A DNA stretch of 64,000 nt from an uncultured Nitrospiraceae bacterium (GTDB taxonomy: Bacteria; Nitrospirota; Thermodesulfovibrionia; Thermodesulfovibrionales; SM23-35). Within the stretch, counting starts at the first letter, position 1; the number at the start of each line of letters is the position of its first letter. The position numbers were made by a program, and so were the translations under genes. The notes under the pieces were generated by a model that was not told where the DNA came from, did not search any database, and was given only the letters and a program-made list of their open reading frames with translations. Shown in pieces: positions 8,691 through 19,377 of the stretch. Location of the stretch: NCBI GenBank assembly GCA_963727775.1, contig CAVSHB010000001.1, forward strand, positions 1,376,001-1,440,000, written 5' to 3'.

Positions 8691-9755
8691 TTAAGGCCTC
8701 AATCGAAAATCCTCAGGATCAATGTCTTTTTTTGCCAGCTTTTTTATATCTCCCGGTCTGAATGCCCCTTTTTCAGTAATTATGGCCGTGACATATTTGT
8801 GAGGTGTTACATCAAAAGCTATGTTTCGTGCTTTTACCCCAGCCGGTGCAATCCTGCATCTCCCGCATATATTGGTTACTTCTTCGGGATCTCTTTCTTC
8901 AATCGGGATGTATTCGCCTGAAGGAATGGAAAAATCAATGCTGCTCAGAGGAGCAGCAACATAGAACGGTATTTTGTGTGCTTTGCATAGAACAGCCACT
9001 GTATAGGTCCCTATCTTGTTTGCTACGTCACCGTTCCTTGACGTCCTGTCGGTGCCTACGATCACAAGGTCTATTTCACCTTTTTTCATGAGTGCTCCCG
9101 CCGCATTATCGGTGATGAGGGTAACAGGTATCCCCTCCTGCATAAGTTCCCATGCCGTAAGCCTTGCGCCTTGAAGCACAGGCCTTGTCTCATCGGCGAT
9201 TACTTGTATCCTTTTCCCCTGTTCTCTCGCTATCAGCATGGGAGCAGTAGCAGTACCATATCCACCCGTCGCCAAAGCCCCTGCATTGCAATGGGTTAGA
9301 ATCGTATCGCCGTCTTTGATGAATTCAGCGCCCCATCTGCCGATAGCCTTGTTTGCCTCTATATCCTCTTCGAGTATTTTTATTGATTCTTCGACGAGGA
9401 GCTCTTTCATCCTGTCTACAGGTTCGTCTTTCTTCTCTGTCAAAAAACTTCTTATCCTGTCGACAGCCCAACGTATATTTACTGCTGTGGGCCTCGTAGA
9501 GAGCATTTCATTAAAAACAGGATCGAGAGCCTTCATGAATTCATCGAAGTTCGCTGCTCTGATGTCCTGCGCTCCCAGCGCGACTCCCATAGCTGCCGCG
9601 ATGCCTATCGCAGGCGCTCCCCGTATCCAGAGCCTTTTTATGCCTTCAGCCACTTTCCTGTAGTCAAGACATTCTATATAAGTTACTTCCAAGGGCAATT
9701 TTGTCTGATCGAGCATTATTACCTTGCCGTCTTTCCATTCTATCGCTTTAACCAT
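8691..9755 (-). CDS. mtnA: S-methyl-5-thioribose-1-phosphate isomerase
   Basis: IRGAPAIG, RPTAVN, THCNAGALAT, ETRPVLQGARLT, NKIGTY. Confidence 0.96.
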   Translation of the reverse strand: MVKAIEWKDGKVIMLDQTKLPLEVTYIECLDYRKVAEGIKRLWIRGAPAIGIAAAMGVALGAQDIRAANFDEFMKALDPVFNEMLSTRPTAVNIRWAVDRIRSFLTEKKDEPVDRMKELLVEESIKILEEDIEANKAIGRWGAEFIKDGDTILTHCNAGALATGGYGTATAPMLIAREQGKRIQVIADETRPVLQGARLTAWELMQEGIPVTLITDNAAGALMKKGEIDLVIVGTDRTSRNGDVANKIGTYTVAVLCKAHKIPFYVAAPLSSIDFSIPSGEYIPIEERDPEEVTNICGRCRIAPAGVKARNIAFDVTPHKYVTAIITEKGAFRPGDIKKLAKKDIDPEDFRLRP

Positions 9756-9777
9756 TTAAATCCTCCGTAAGAAAACC

Positions 9778-11001
9778 TCAGAAAAACATAGAAACAACAA
9801 ACATCAATGTCAGCACGATCATTGTCACTGTTGTTACCCATGCGATTCTGTTAAACATGGTTGAGTTTGTATAATCACCCATTAATTCAGGTTTATTTAT
9901 AAGGAACAGCATGAAAATCAGCACAAACGGGAGCAAGATGCCATTGATCACCTGAGAAATCCACATGATAGCAATCAAAGGCGCATTTGGTATGAGTACT
10001 ATCAGAGAACCAATAGCGATCAAGAAAGTATAAAGCCACATGAACTGCGGGGCTTCCTTGAACGTTTTGTTAATCCCAGCCTCCCAGCCCATGCCTTCAC
10101 AGATAGAATATGCAGTAGCAAGCGGAAGGATAGATGCGGAAAAAAGCGAGGCGTTCGCAAGGCCAACTGCAAATAGAATAGAAGCGTATTTGCCGGCTAT
10201 AGGAGCAAGCGATATGGCGGCATCTTTAGCACTGTCTATTTTTATCCCAGATGGAAACAGGGTAGCTCCACAGGCAACGATAATAAAGAAAGCTACTATG
10301 TCAGTCATAAAACAACCCACAATTACATCTATCCTCGATGCCCAGTACTGCTCTTTTCGTACCCCCTTTTCAACGACCGATGACTGTAAATAGAACTGCA
10401 TCCAAGGAGCTATTGTAGTGCCAATTACGCCGATGAACATGGCGATATAAGCGGAATTGAAGTGAAAAGATGGTTTGATTGTCTGCCATGCCACGGAAGA
10501 CCAATCAGGCTTAGCCAAAAAAGCCGCGGGTATATAAACAAAATAAACAACACATATGACCAAAAAAATTTTTTCAACTATATGGTATGAGCCTTTTACC
10601 ACAAGCAGCCAAACAAAAACAGCCCCGATGGGAACAGAAAGGTATTTATTGATACCGAATAACTCATTGCTTGCAGCCCAACCGGCAAATTCTGCCGCAG
10701 TATTTCCTAAGTTGCATAAGAATAAGGCCAGCATAAGCCAGAAGGTTATTTTAACGCCGTAGTCTTCCCGTATAAGTTCCGCAAGTCCTTTTCCTGTAAC
10801 AGCTCCCATCCTTGCACACATCTCCTGGACTACAATAAGCGCGACAGTAATGGGTATCATCGACCATAAAAGAGAATAACCAAAATGCGCACCAGCTATG
10901 GAATACGTTGCAATACCACCCGCATCATTATCTACATTCGCTGTTATAATGCCGGGGCCGATAACGGACAGCAATAAGAAAAACTTTTTCCATCTGGTCA
11001 C
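9778..11001 (-). CDS. NRAMP-related divalent cation (probably Mg2+) transporter
   Basis: ~11 TM; GPGIITANVDNDAGG and GTTIAPW replace the canonical DPGN/MPH motifs; overlaps the stop of the upstream CBS gene. Confidence 0.88.
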   Translation of the reverse strand: MTRWKKFFLLLSVIGPGIITANVDNDAGGIATYSIAGAHFGYSLLWSMIPITVALIVVQEMCARMGAVTGKGLAELIREDYGVKITFWLMLALFLCNLGNTAAEFAGWAASNELFGINKYLSVPIGAVFVWLLVVKGSYHIVEKIFLVICVVYFVYIPAAFLAKPDWSSVAWQTIKPSFHFNSAYIAMFIGVIGTTIAPWMQFYLQSSVVEKGVRKEQYWASRIDVIVGCFMTDIVAFFIIVACGATLFPSGIKIDSAKDAAISLAPIAGKYASILFAVGLANASLFSASILPLATAYSICEGMGWEAGINKTFKEAPQFMWLYTFLIAIGSLIVLIPNAPLIAIMWISQVINGILLPFVLIFMLFLINKPELMGDYTNSTMFNRIAWVTTVTMIVLTLMFVVSMFF

Positions 11002-12260
11002 ATCTTTCTCCTCCCGCGTTTTGCTGCAGGCGGCAATATCCTGTCTAAAATGTCATCGACTGCGACGATACCGAGCAAATAACCTTCGTAATTAACTACC
11101 GGAAGGGCGACAAGGTTATATTTTGATATGATCTCGGCGACTTCCACTTCGTCGGTCTCCGGTGTAACAGCTTTAATTTTTGTTTTCATAATATCCGACA
11201 GCTTTGTGTCAGGATCGGCAAGGATCAGATCTCGCAGGGACGTGACTCCGATGAGTTTTTCATGCTCATCGATGATATAAATGTAATAGACCGTCTCCAC
11301 TTCTTCTGAATCTTTCTTGAAGTTCTCTATTGCTTGCTTTACTGTTGTCTCCGGAGCATATGCTATAAATTCGTTCGTCATTATTCCCCCGGCCGTGTCC
11401 TCTTCGTGGCTTAGGAGTTCCTGGATATCCTCAGCCTCTTCCTTTTCCACTTGTTCGAGGATCTCCTTAGCCTTGTCCATTGGAATGTCGCTCAGGACGT
11501 CTGCGGCCTCATCGGGCGGCATCTCCTCTATGATGTCTGCGGCCTTATCGGTATCCATCCCTGTAATGATAGCGGCCTGAACGTCGGGCTCAAGTTCCGA
11601 AAGGGCTTCGGCAGCCGTTTCAACATCAAGCTCCTTGAAAAATGATGCTCCCTCTTTGTGTGAAACCTGGCTGATAATATCGGCAATGTCCGCAGGATGA
11701 AGTTCCGATACCATCTGCCTGGGAACAGTGAGGGATATGGTCGATAATTTCGGCTCCAGCGGCTGAATGTAATTCCAGCTTATCAGGGTATACGGAATGC
11801 GTTTCTTAAAGAGCTTCATTAGGTCTTCCCCGCTTCTTTCTACGCCGAGCCTCCTCATAATTCCCCTCATCCCTACGTCAACCGCAACAAGTATCGCTTC
11901 CGAATTATACCCTTCAAGTTTAATGTCATTTACCCTCACAACCTTTGCGCCGTTTGCATCGACTATCTGTTTGTCGAGGATGTCTCTGACTATCAGAAGA
12001 TCATTTTCACCGAATTCATAGCTTTGCAGCGATTCTCCATAGATTATTGCCGAGATTATTCTCTTGTTGAATATGTTCAAATCAGCCCAGGGAAGGTTAA
12101 ACATTCCCTTTTTTCTTACGATGATCAGCGCGGACACTTTAGGAAACTTTTCGCCTTTAACAAGAACGATATCTCTGACCCTGCCGAGTTCCTCGCCTTT
12201 GGGGTCCAGCACAAGTTTTTTTAATATTTCGCTGACAAACAGTTCACCAAAAAAAGGCAT
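10998..12260 (-). CDS. PRC + MgtE N-terminal + CBS-pair protein (no transmembrane domain)
   Basis: LHPADIAD, EMPPDEAADVL, TAGGIMT, CBS pair (YNLVALPVV); the protein ends without the MgtE membrane domain. Confidence 0.9.
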   Translation of the reverse strand: MPFFGELFVSEILKKLVLDPKGEELGRVRDIVLVKGEKFPKVSALIIVRKKGMFNLPWADLNIFNKRIISAIIYGESLQSYEFGENDLLIVRDILDKQIVDANGAKVVRVNDIKLEGYNSEAILVAVDVGMRGIMRRLGVERSGEDLMKLFKKRIPYTLISWNYIQPLEPKLSTISLTVPRQMVSELHPADIADIISQVSHKEGASFFKELDVETAAEALSELEPDVQAAIITGMDTDKAADIIEEMPPDEAADVLSDIPMDKAKEILEQVEKEEAEDIQELLSHEEDTAGGIMTNEFIAYAPETTVKQAIENFKKDSEEVETVYYIYIIDEHEKLIGVTSLRDLILADPDTKLSDIMKTKIKAVTPETDEVEVAEIISKYNLVALPVVNYEGYLLGIVAVDDILDRILPPAAKRGRRKM

Positions 12261-12370
12261 CTCACGCTCCAGAAACCAAATTTGAAATTCTCATCCGGGT
12301 CCCAAAACAAAATTTAGCAAATAAAAAAATTCGGCTAAATAGTGGGTTGCTAAGTTTCTCTTGAGATTGC

Positions 12371-12492
12371 AGGCTCTTGCAAAAGTCATAAAATTACGAT
12401 GTGACCGCAAACTTCAGTTTGCGTATTTTCTTTATGATACAAAACGCAGGCTAAAGCCCGCGGGTACCAAAATAGGACTTTTGCAAGTGCCT
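12371..12492. mobile_element. 122-bp MITE containing an inverted REP-like doublet
   Basis: 17-bp TIRs AGGCTCTTGCAAAAGTC / GACTTTTGCAAGTGCCT (1 mismatch); internal palindromes at 12401-12424 and 12444-12467. Confidence 0.75.
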
Positions 12493-12669
12493 CGTTGTTC
12501 AGAATTTAGACATTAAATATTTGCTAAAGTATAGCTTACAGGTTTTTATTTCGGCAATATGAAAATAGCAGACATTTAAACCTTCTAAAGGCTGCCGAAT
12601 CTCCTGGGGTCATTTCTTATCGCTGTTTTGAGTTATAATTAATTTTAAAACATTTTATAAGGCGGGAAC

Positions 12670-13923
12670 TTGGATAAACTTTTAATACGCGGCGGCAAGA
12701 AACTTAAAGGCGAGGTACTTATAAGCGGGTCGAAGAATGCGGCTTTACCGATAATAGCCGCGTCCCTCCTGTCTGACGGATATTGCACAATCAGCAGGGT
12801 CCCGAATCTGAAAGATATCATGACAATGGGGAGGCTTCTTGCAAACCTCGGCGCGGGATTTCACTATGAAGACAGGAAGGCTTTGATCAGTACGGAAAAG
12901 ATCAAAATCTTCGAAGCGCCTTACGACCTTGTAAGGACAATGCGTGCGTCTATACTCGTTCTCGGACCGTTATTGGCGAAATTCGGAAGGGCAAAGGTAT
13001 CACTGCCGGGAGGATGCGCAATCGGCGCAAGACCGATCAACCTGCATCTGATGGGCCTTGAAAAGATGGGCGCCGATATCAAACTCGAATCAGGATATGT
13101 TATCGCCAGGGCGAGGAGACTAAAGGGGGCATCGATATATTTTGACACACCGACCGTAACAGGCACGGAAAACCTAATGATGGCCGCCTCGCTCGCAAAA
13201 GGCAGCACCTTGCTTGAGAACGCCGCAAGGGAGCCTGAGATTGTGGATCTTGCAAACGCATTGATTTCGATGGGAGCACAGATAAAAGGCGCTGGGGAAG
13301 GTGCTATAGAGATAGAAGGGGTGGACGTATTAAAGCCCATAAATTATTCTGTGATCCCGGACAGGATTGAAGCCGGCACCTTCATGACGATTGCCGGCAT
13401 TACCGGCGGAGATATCCTTATTAAGGAATGCAGACCGGAGCATCTCGATGCGTCGGTTATGAAACTCAGGGAAACCGGACTTATTTTTGAGACGGGTAAA
13501 GATGGCATGCGTGTGATAGGGCCATCCAGACCGCAGGCCGCCAACATAAAGACAATGCCCTATCCCGGGTTTCCCACGGATATGCAGGCGCAGTTTATGT
13601 CATTGATATGCATAGCCGATGGCACGAGCATAATCAAGGAAACTATTTTTGAAAACAGGTTTATGCATGTCGCTGAACTCAAAAGAATGGGAGCGGATAT
13701 CACGGTTGAAGGAGGGACAGCAACGGTGAAGGGAATCATCAGACTAAAAGGAGCCCCTATCATGGCAACCGACTTAAGGGCAAGCGCATCTCTCATTGTT
13801 GCGGCCCTCGCAGCAAAAGGAGAGACAGTCATAAACAGGATTTATCATCTTGACAGGGGATATGAAAGCATGGAAGAAAAGCTGATCAGGCTCGGTGCGG
13901 ACGTGAGAAGGATAAAGGAATAG
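12670..13923 (+). CDS. murA: UDP-N-acetylglucosamine 1-carboxyvinyltransferase
   Basis: [54 protein letters not shown] start. Confidence 0.98.
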   Translation: MDKLLIRGGKKLKGEVLISGSKNAALPIIAASLLSDGYCTISRVPNLKDIMTMGRLLANLGAGFHYEDRKALISTEKIKIFEAPYDLVRTMRASILVLGPLLAKFGRAKVSLPGGCAIGARPINLHLMGLEKMGADIKLESGYVIARARRLKGASIYFDTPTVTGTENLMMAASLAKGSTLLENAAREPEIVDLANALISMGAQIKGAGEGAIEIEGVDVLKPINYSVIPDRIEAGTFMTIAGITGGDILIKECRPEHLDASVMKLRETGLIFETGKDGMRVIGPSRPQAANIKTMPYPGFPTDMQAQFMSLICIADGTSIIKETIFENRFMHVAELKRMGADITVEGGTATVKGIIRLKGAPIMATDLRASASLIVAALAAKGETVINRIYHLDRGYESMEEKLIRLGADVRRIKE

Positions 13924-13941
13924 GGAGAAAATTGGAGATAT

Positions 13942-15660
13942 TTACCTGATGTATGCTTCGGTGACGTAACGGCGCATCATGCGGTGGCTGTTGAAATAAT
14001 AGGCGTTCTTGCCTATCGCATTCTGCATCATCCTCACCCATGTGTGCCTGTCATTATAAAACATGGGTATGATTATATTTTCAAGTTTATTGTAAAGGTC
14101 TTCCGCGTCTCTGGTGTCGAGATTATCGATAAGGGTTGTTTCCGTAGAGCTTGGCCCTATGGACCAGCCTGTGAACCCTTCTATATGGCCTTCTATCCAC
14201 CATCCGTCAAGAACGCTGAAATTTATGACGCCGTTATGCGCTGCCTTCATTCCGCTCGTGCCGGACGCTTCTCTCGGCCTTAATGGTGTGTTAAGCCATA
14301 CATCGACCCCTGAAATCATTTTGAGAGCGATGTCCATATCATAGTTTTTCAGGTAAGTCATTTTGATCTTGCCTTTAAGCTTCTCCTTTATGGAAAAGAT
14401 AGTCTCGATGAGCTTCTTGCCCAATTCATCCTTGGGATGCGCCTTTCCTGCATAGATAATCTGCAGGTTTCCGGTACCAAGGCTTTCGAGCCTTTCGATG
14501 TCACTGAAAATCAAGTCGGCACGTTTATATGCAGTCGCCCTCCTTGCAAAACCGATAGTAAGGACATCCGGACTCATGTCGACTCCCGTGCTTTCCCTGA
14601 CATAATCCAAAAGTATCTTTTTTGCCTCTATGTGAGCATTCCAGATTTCCTCGTCCGGGATACGTCCGACCCTTACAAACAATTCCGGCTCATTTGCCCA
14701 GCCCGGAAGATACTTATCGTAAAGCTTTTTCAAACTTTCACATGTCCAGGTAAAACTGTGTACGCCGTTTGTAATAGCGCTGATCTCATAACCCGGAAAC
14801 ATATTTCTCGAGACTTCGCCGTGTTTCTTTGCAACGCCGTTAATAAACTCGCTGAGATTCAGGCCGAGGCGGGTCATGTTCAGATTGTCCTGACCCCCGA
14901 GCTTTTTTAAAACGTTTAACGGTATCGGTTCTCCCATAACCTCAGAGACAATGCTGTAAGGAAACCTGTCATGGCCGGCCTCTATGGGTGTGTGTGTTGT
15001 AAAGACACAGAGTTCCTTTACTTTTTCTATGTCCCAAACGAGATTTTCATCCCATACATCTTCTATCGGCCGTTTGAATCTATTGAGCAATTCGAGAGTA
15101 AGCAGGCTTGAATGGCCCTCGTTCATATGATATTTCTTGATCTCAAAGCCGAGTTCATGGAGCATTCTCACGCCGCCTATGCCGAGGACTATCTCCTGCT
15201 TAAGCCGGTACGCCAGGTCGCCTCCGTAAAGGTAGTGGGTAATCTCTCTGTCCCCGGGTTTATTCGCCTCAATATCCGTGTCAAGGAAGAGAATCGGAAT
15301 GCACCCGCGTGTCAGGCTCTCGACATTGTATTGCCATGCCTGGACCATAACATCTCTTTGTTCAATTTCAACGGTAATCTTTACAGGAAGCAACGTCAGA
15401 TATTCGGACGGGTCCCATGTGAAAGGTAGTTCAGTCTGTCTTCCCGACGCATCCAGCTCCTGTACGAAATACCCTTTTTTTGAGAGGAGAGTAACAGCCA
15501 CCATCGGTAATTTGAGGTCTGCGCCTGTCTTGATAGTATCTCCCGCGAGCACCCCGAGACCTCCGCTGTAGGTAGGGATATCATTCTCGATTCCTATTTC
15601 CATCGAGAAATAAGCTATCTTCGATGTTTTTAAAATATCTTTAGGGAAAGTGAAATTCAT
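13942..15660 (-). CDS. glgP: Alpha-glucan (glycogen) phosphorylase
   Basis: YFSMEIG, YSGGLGVLAGD, HMNEGH, FTTHTP, EASGTSGMKAA (PLP lysine). Confidence 0.95.
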   Translation of the reverse strand: MNFTFPKDILKTSKIAYFSMEIGIENDIPTYSGGLGVLAGDTIKTGADLKLPMVAVTLLSKKGYFVQELDASGRQTELPFTWDPSEYLTLLPVKITVEIEQRDVMVQAWQYNVESLTRGCIPILFLDTDIEANKPGDREITHYLYGGDLAYRLKQEIVLGIGGVRMLHELGFEIKKYHMNEGHSSLLTLELLNRFKRPIEDVWDENLVWDIEKVKELCVFTTHTPIEAGHDRFPYSIVSEVMGEPIPLNVLKKLGGQDNLNMTRLGLNLSEFINGVAKKHGEVSRNMFPGYEISAITNGVHSFTWTCESLKKLYDKYLPGWANEPELFVRVGRIPDEEIWNAHIEAKKILLDYVRESTGVDMSPDVLTIGFARRATAYKRADLIFSDIERLESLGTGNLQIIYAGKAHPKDELGKKLIETIFSIKEKLKGKIKMTYLKNYDMDIALKMISGVDVWLNTPLRPREASGTSGMKAAHNGVINFSVLDGWWIEGHIEGFTGWSIGPSSTETTLIDNLDTRDAEDLYNKLENIIIPMFYNDRHTWVRMMQNAIGKNAYYFNSHRMMRRYVTEAYIR

Positions 15661-15708
15661 ATCTGTTTATTCTAAGATATTTTGGAGACGATTAACAACG
15701 GGAATAAA

Positions 15709-17334
15709 TCATATCGGGCAGATAAGATTTCCGAGCTTTTCAGTCAAACTGAGATTTTCAGAGTAATCTACAGGACAGTCTATAATCGCCGGGACGCGCT
15801 GGGTAAGGGCGTCTTTTAAGGCCGGTAGAAGTTCATCTTCAGAAGACACTCTGTACCCTTTTGCGCCGAATGAATCCGCAAGCTTTACAAAATCAGGATT
15901 ACTGAATTTGACAAAGAAATCCTTTTTGTATTTCAGTTTTTCTTTCCATTCGATGAGGCCGTATCCGCCGTCATTAAAGACCAGACAGACAATATTGAGG
16001 CCGAGCCTTACCGCTGTATTTAACTCGCACATCGACATGAGGAACCCGCCGTCACCGACCGCTGCTACAACTTTTTTCCCGGGATACAAAAGTTTTGCAG
16101 ATATCGCCGCCGGTATCGCAAATCCCATAGAGGCGAACCCGTTTGATATCAGCACGGTATTTTCCTCATAGGCAGGATAAAATCTCGCTATCCATATTTT
16201 GTGCGCTCCCACGTCGCTTACCAGGATGTCAGTTCTATCCAGGATATTCCTGATGTCATTGATTATCCTGAGAGGCTTTAACGGGAACCCTTTTGTGGAA
16301 AAATGAAGCGCATGACCGGCATAAAGCTTCAGCTTATGGTAATAAACGGTATCTTTTGCAACGGATATCCGTTCTGTAAGCATGGAGAGCGTATTTTTGA
16401 TATCACCGATGAGATCAAGCGCATTATAATATGAATCCGTTTCCGAGGACGTGAAATCTATGTGGATGACTTTCTTGCTTCCGTCCCTGTTCCAGAAGCT
16501 GGGGCTGAATTCAACAGGGTCGTAACCGATGGCGATGACAAGGTCTGCCCTGTCAAAACCGCATGATATATAGTCATTTGACTGCAGACCCACCGTAGAA
16601 ATAAAGCATTCGTCATCAGCGGGCACAACACCCATGCCCATGAACGTGGTTGTAACGCCGATCTTTGTCCTGAGAACGAAATCCCTTAATTCCTTTGTTG
16701 CCTTCCCCCGAATAATACCGTTCCCTGCGAGGATGAACGGCATTCGAGACTCCTTTATCATCGAGACCGCTTTTGATAATATTGCTTCAGCGGGCCCGGG
16801 GTATTTTAAGGATTCATGTGATAAAGCAACTCCTTCGGTATCCATTGAAGCAATATCTTCAGGGACCTCGATGTGTGCAGGTCCCGGTTTTTCAATGGCC
16901 GCTATTTTAAATGCCTTGCGAATGATTTCAGGTATTGTCACAGGACTTTCTATCCTGGCGTTCCACTTGGTAAGCGGTTTATAGGCAGACAAAATATCTA
17001 TGTATTGATGAGACTCTTTATGCATTTTCGAAAGACCTACCTGTCCGGTAATAGCAACCATCGGGGAGAAATCAAGCAATGCATCCGCAACACCTGTCAT
17101 GAGGTTTGTCGCGCCGGGACCGAGCGTCGAGAGGCATACTCCGGGCTTGCCGGAGAGCCTTCCATAGGCATTAGCCATGAATGCAGCGGAACGCTCGTCG
17201 CGTGTCAGAATGAATTTTATTTTTGATGGAGACAATGCATTGAGGAGTTCGATGTTCTCCTCGCCGGGCAGACCGAAGATATACTCAACCCCTTCGGCCT
17301 CAAGACATTGAACAAATAATTCGGAAGATTTCAT
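15709..17334 (-). CDS. Acetolactate synthase large subunit family TPP enzyme
   Basis: FGLPGEE, STLGPGATN, TPP motif GDGGFLM...FNDGGYG; no small regulatory subunit adjacent. Confidence 0.9.
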   Translation of the reverse strand: MKSSELFVQCLEAEGVEYIFGLPGEENIELLNALSPSKIKFILTRDERSAAFMANAYGRLSGKPGVCLSTLGPGATNLMTGVADALLDFSPMVAITGQVGLSKMHKESHQYIDILSAYKPLTKWNARIESPVTIPEIIRKAFKIAAIEKPGPAHIEVPEDIASMDTEGVALSHESLKYPGPAEAILSKAVSMIKESRMPFILAGNGIIRGKATKELRDFVLRTKIGVTTTFMGMGVVPADDECFISTVGLQSNDYISCGFDRADLVIAIGYDPVEFSPSFWNRDGSKKVIHIDFTSSETDSYYNALDLIGDIKNTLSMLTERISVAKDTVYYHKLKLYAGHALHFSTKGFPLKPLRIINDIRNILDRTDILVSDVGAHKIWIARFYPAYEENTVLISNGFASMGFAIPAAISAKLLYPGKKVVAAVGDGGFLMSMCELNTAVRLGLNIVCLVFNDGGYGLIEWKEKLKYKKDFFVKFSNPDFVKLADSFGAKGYRVSSEDELLPALKDALTQRVPAIIDCPVDYSENLSLTEKLGNLICPI

Positions 17335-17990
17335 AACAGTTCATTGAAATCAAGGATGTGCAAAAATTCATCCGACTTCCCGGGTTTTACCTTTGAATTA
17401 GATTTTGCCTTATAAAGGATATACTTTATTCCATATTTTTTTGCCGTTTTTAGAATTTCTTCTGTATCGTCAATAAAAAGCGTTTTGTTTTTATCGAACC
17501 CCAGGCGCTTCTCCGCAATTGTCCAGAACTTCAGGCTTTCCTTGGGATGTCCGGCATCAAACGAAGAAAGGACAGAGTCAAAATACTTCCCTATGCGTGT
17601 TTTTCTGAATTTCAGGTCGATCGATTTATAATGGGCGTTCGTGACAAGGAAAACTTTTTTTCTGTGTTTTTTCAGCATCATCAGAAAATCCTCGACATGC
17701 GGATGGACCTCTATAAGATGCCTGATCTGTTCTTTTAGGACAGGTATATCAAGATGGAGTTCTTTTGACCAGAAATCAAGGTCTGTCCAGTTCAGAGTGC
17801 CCTCATGGTTTTTGTATTTTTCCATAAGTTTCTCCTTTGCCTTACCGAAGGTAATGTTATTTTTTTCAGCATATTTCTCCGGCACGAGATGTTCCCAGAA
17901 GTAATCGTCGAAGTATTTGTCAAGGAGTGTCCCATCCATATCGAGAAGAACAAATTTTATGTCCTTTAAAGAGAATATAGTTGAATACAT
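17331..17990 (-). CDS. yrfG: HAD hydrolase, GMP/IMP nucleotidase YrfG-like
   Basis: LLDMDGTLLD..FD.YFW, LVTNAH, FIDD motifs. Confidence 0.85.
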   Translation of the reverse strand: MYSTIFSLKDIKFVLLDMDGTLLDKYFDDYFWEHLVPEKYAEKNNITFGKAKEKLMEKYKNHEGTLNWTDLDFWSKELHLDIPVLKEQIRHLIEVHPHVEDFLMMLKKHRKKVFLVTNAHYKSIDLKFRKTRIGKYFDSVLSSFDAGHPKESLKFWTIAEKRLGFDKNKTLFIDDTEEILKTAKKYGIKYILYKAKSNSKVKPGKSDEFLHILDFNELL

Positions 17991-19309
17991 TAAAAAGGCA
18001 TGAATTTCGGCAGTTTGAACCCTTTTTTACCTTTAAACATCTTGAGCATTTTCTTTATCTCGACATACTGTTTAATTACTCTATTGACATCTGCTACAGT
18101 CGTTCCGCTTCCCATGGCGATCCTCTTCCTCCTGCTTCCGTTTATAAGGGTATGGTCTTTTCTTTCTTTTTTCGTCATGGAATTTATTACTGCCTCAACC
18201 TTTACCAATTCCCTTCCATCAATATCCGCATCTTTAATTTTGCTGAAACCGGGTATCATATTGAGCAGGCTTTCCAAAGAACCCATATTGCGCATCTTCT
18301 GGAGCTGTTCTCTAAGGTTGTCAAATGTGAACGATTCATCCATGATGGCCTTCTGGAGTTTTTCTGCTTCCTTCCGGTCAAAGGTTTGCTGCGCCTGTTC
18401 TATCAAGCTCAGGACGTCACCCATCCCGAGTATTCTTGATGCGATCCTGTCGGGATAAAAAGGTTCGAGCATCTCGATTTTTTCGCCTGTACCGATGAAT
18501 TTTATCGGTTTTCCCGTAACTGATATGATCGAGAGAGCAGCTCCTCCTCTCGCATCGCCATCCATCTTAGTGAGTATTATTCCGTCAATGCCAATCTGCT
18601 CTGAAAAGTTTCTGGCGATGTTTACCGCATCCTGCCCTGTCATTGAATCTGCAACAAAAAGGACCTCTTTGGGGGAAACGGTTTCTCTTACCTTTTTTAA
18701 TTCGGTCATCAGCGATTCATCGATATGGAGCCGGCCTGCAGTGTCAAGGATTACGATATCCCTGGCGTCGAGCTTTGCTTTTTTAATTGAATCGCTGCAA
18801 ACGGTTACAGGGTCTTTAATTTCTTTTGAATAATAAACCGGCACTTCAATCTGGGCTCCGAGTGCTATAAGCTGGTCTATAGCGGCGGGCCTCTGAAGGT
18901 CTGCCGCAACGAGCATCGGCCTTCTGCCTTCTTTTTTGAAAAGCCTCGCCAATTTCGCGGATGTTGTGGTCTTGCCTGAGCCGTGCAGGCCCACCATCAT
19001 GATGACAGTCGGTGGATTAGGTGAGAGTTGTATCTTACTGTTTGTCTTCCCGATCAGGTCACACAGTTCTTCATTAACTATCTTTATGACCTGCTGCCCC
19101 GGACTGAGGCTCTCAAGCACCTCTTTGCCGACAGCTTTTTCTTTGATCTTTTGAATAAAATCTTTTACTACCTTAAAATTGACATCTGCTTCCAGTAGGG
19201 CGAGGCGTATCTCTTTCAGCGCAAGTTCAACGTCCCCTTCTTTAAGGAGGCCTTTCCCTTTTAATTTTTTGAATATGGATTCTAATTTTTCAGTGAGGGA
19301 TTCAAACAT
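17990..19309 (-). CDS. ffh: Signal recognition particle protein
   Basis: ALLEADV, GSGKTT, DTAGR, TKMDGDARGG, M-domain SRRKRIAMGSG. Confidence 0.98.
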   Translation of the reverse strand: MFESLTEKLESIFKKLKGKGLLKEGDVELALKEIRLALLEADVNFKVVKDFIQKIKEKAVGKEVLESLSPGQQVIKIVNEELCDLIGKTNSKIQLSPNPPTVIMMVGLHGSGKTTTSAKLARLFKKEGRRPMLVAADLQRPAAIDQLIALGAQIEVPVYYSKEIKDPVTVCSDSIKKAKLDARDIVILDTAGRLHIDESLMTELKKVRETVSPKEVLFVADSMTGQDAVNIARNFSEQIGIDGIILTKMDGDARGGAALSIISVTGKPIKFIGTGEKIEMLEPFYPDRIASRILGMGDVLSLIEQAQQTFDRKEAEKLQKAIMDESFTFDNLREQLQKMRNMGSLESLLNMIPGFSKIKDADIDGRELVKVEAVINSMTKKERKDHTLINGSRRKRIAMGSGTTVADVNRVIKQYVEIKKMLKMFKGKKGFKLPKFMPF

Positions 19310-19377
19310 TTATTGAACTGATATGGTCTTCCTGAAAATTCCCATATATTTCGCCGCAGCCGATAATCGTAACTCCA

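Noticed and set aside
12261..12669. M-box (ykoK) magnesium riboswitch upstream of the MgtE-like operon
   Set aside because: No recognisable M-box conserved blocks on the minus strand; the structure present is explained by the MITE/REP
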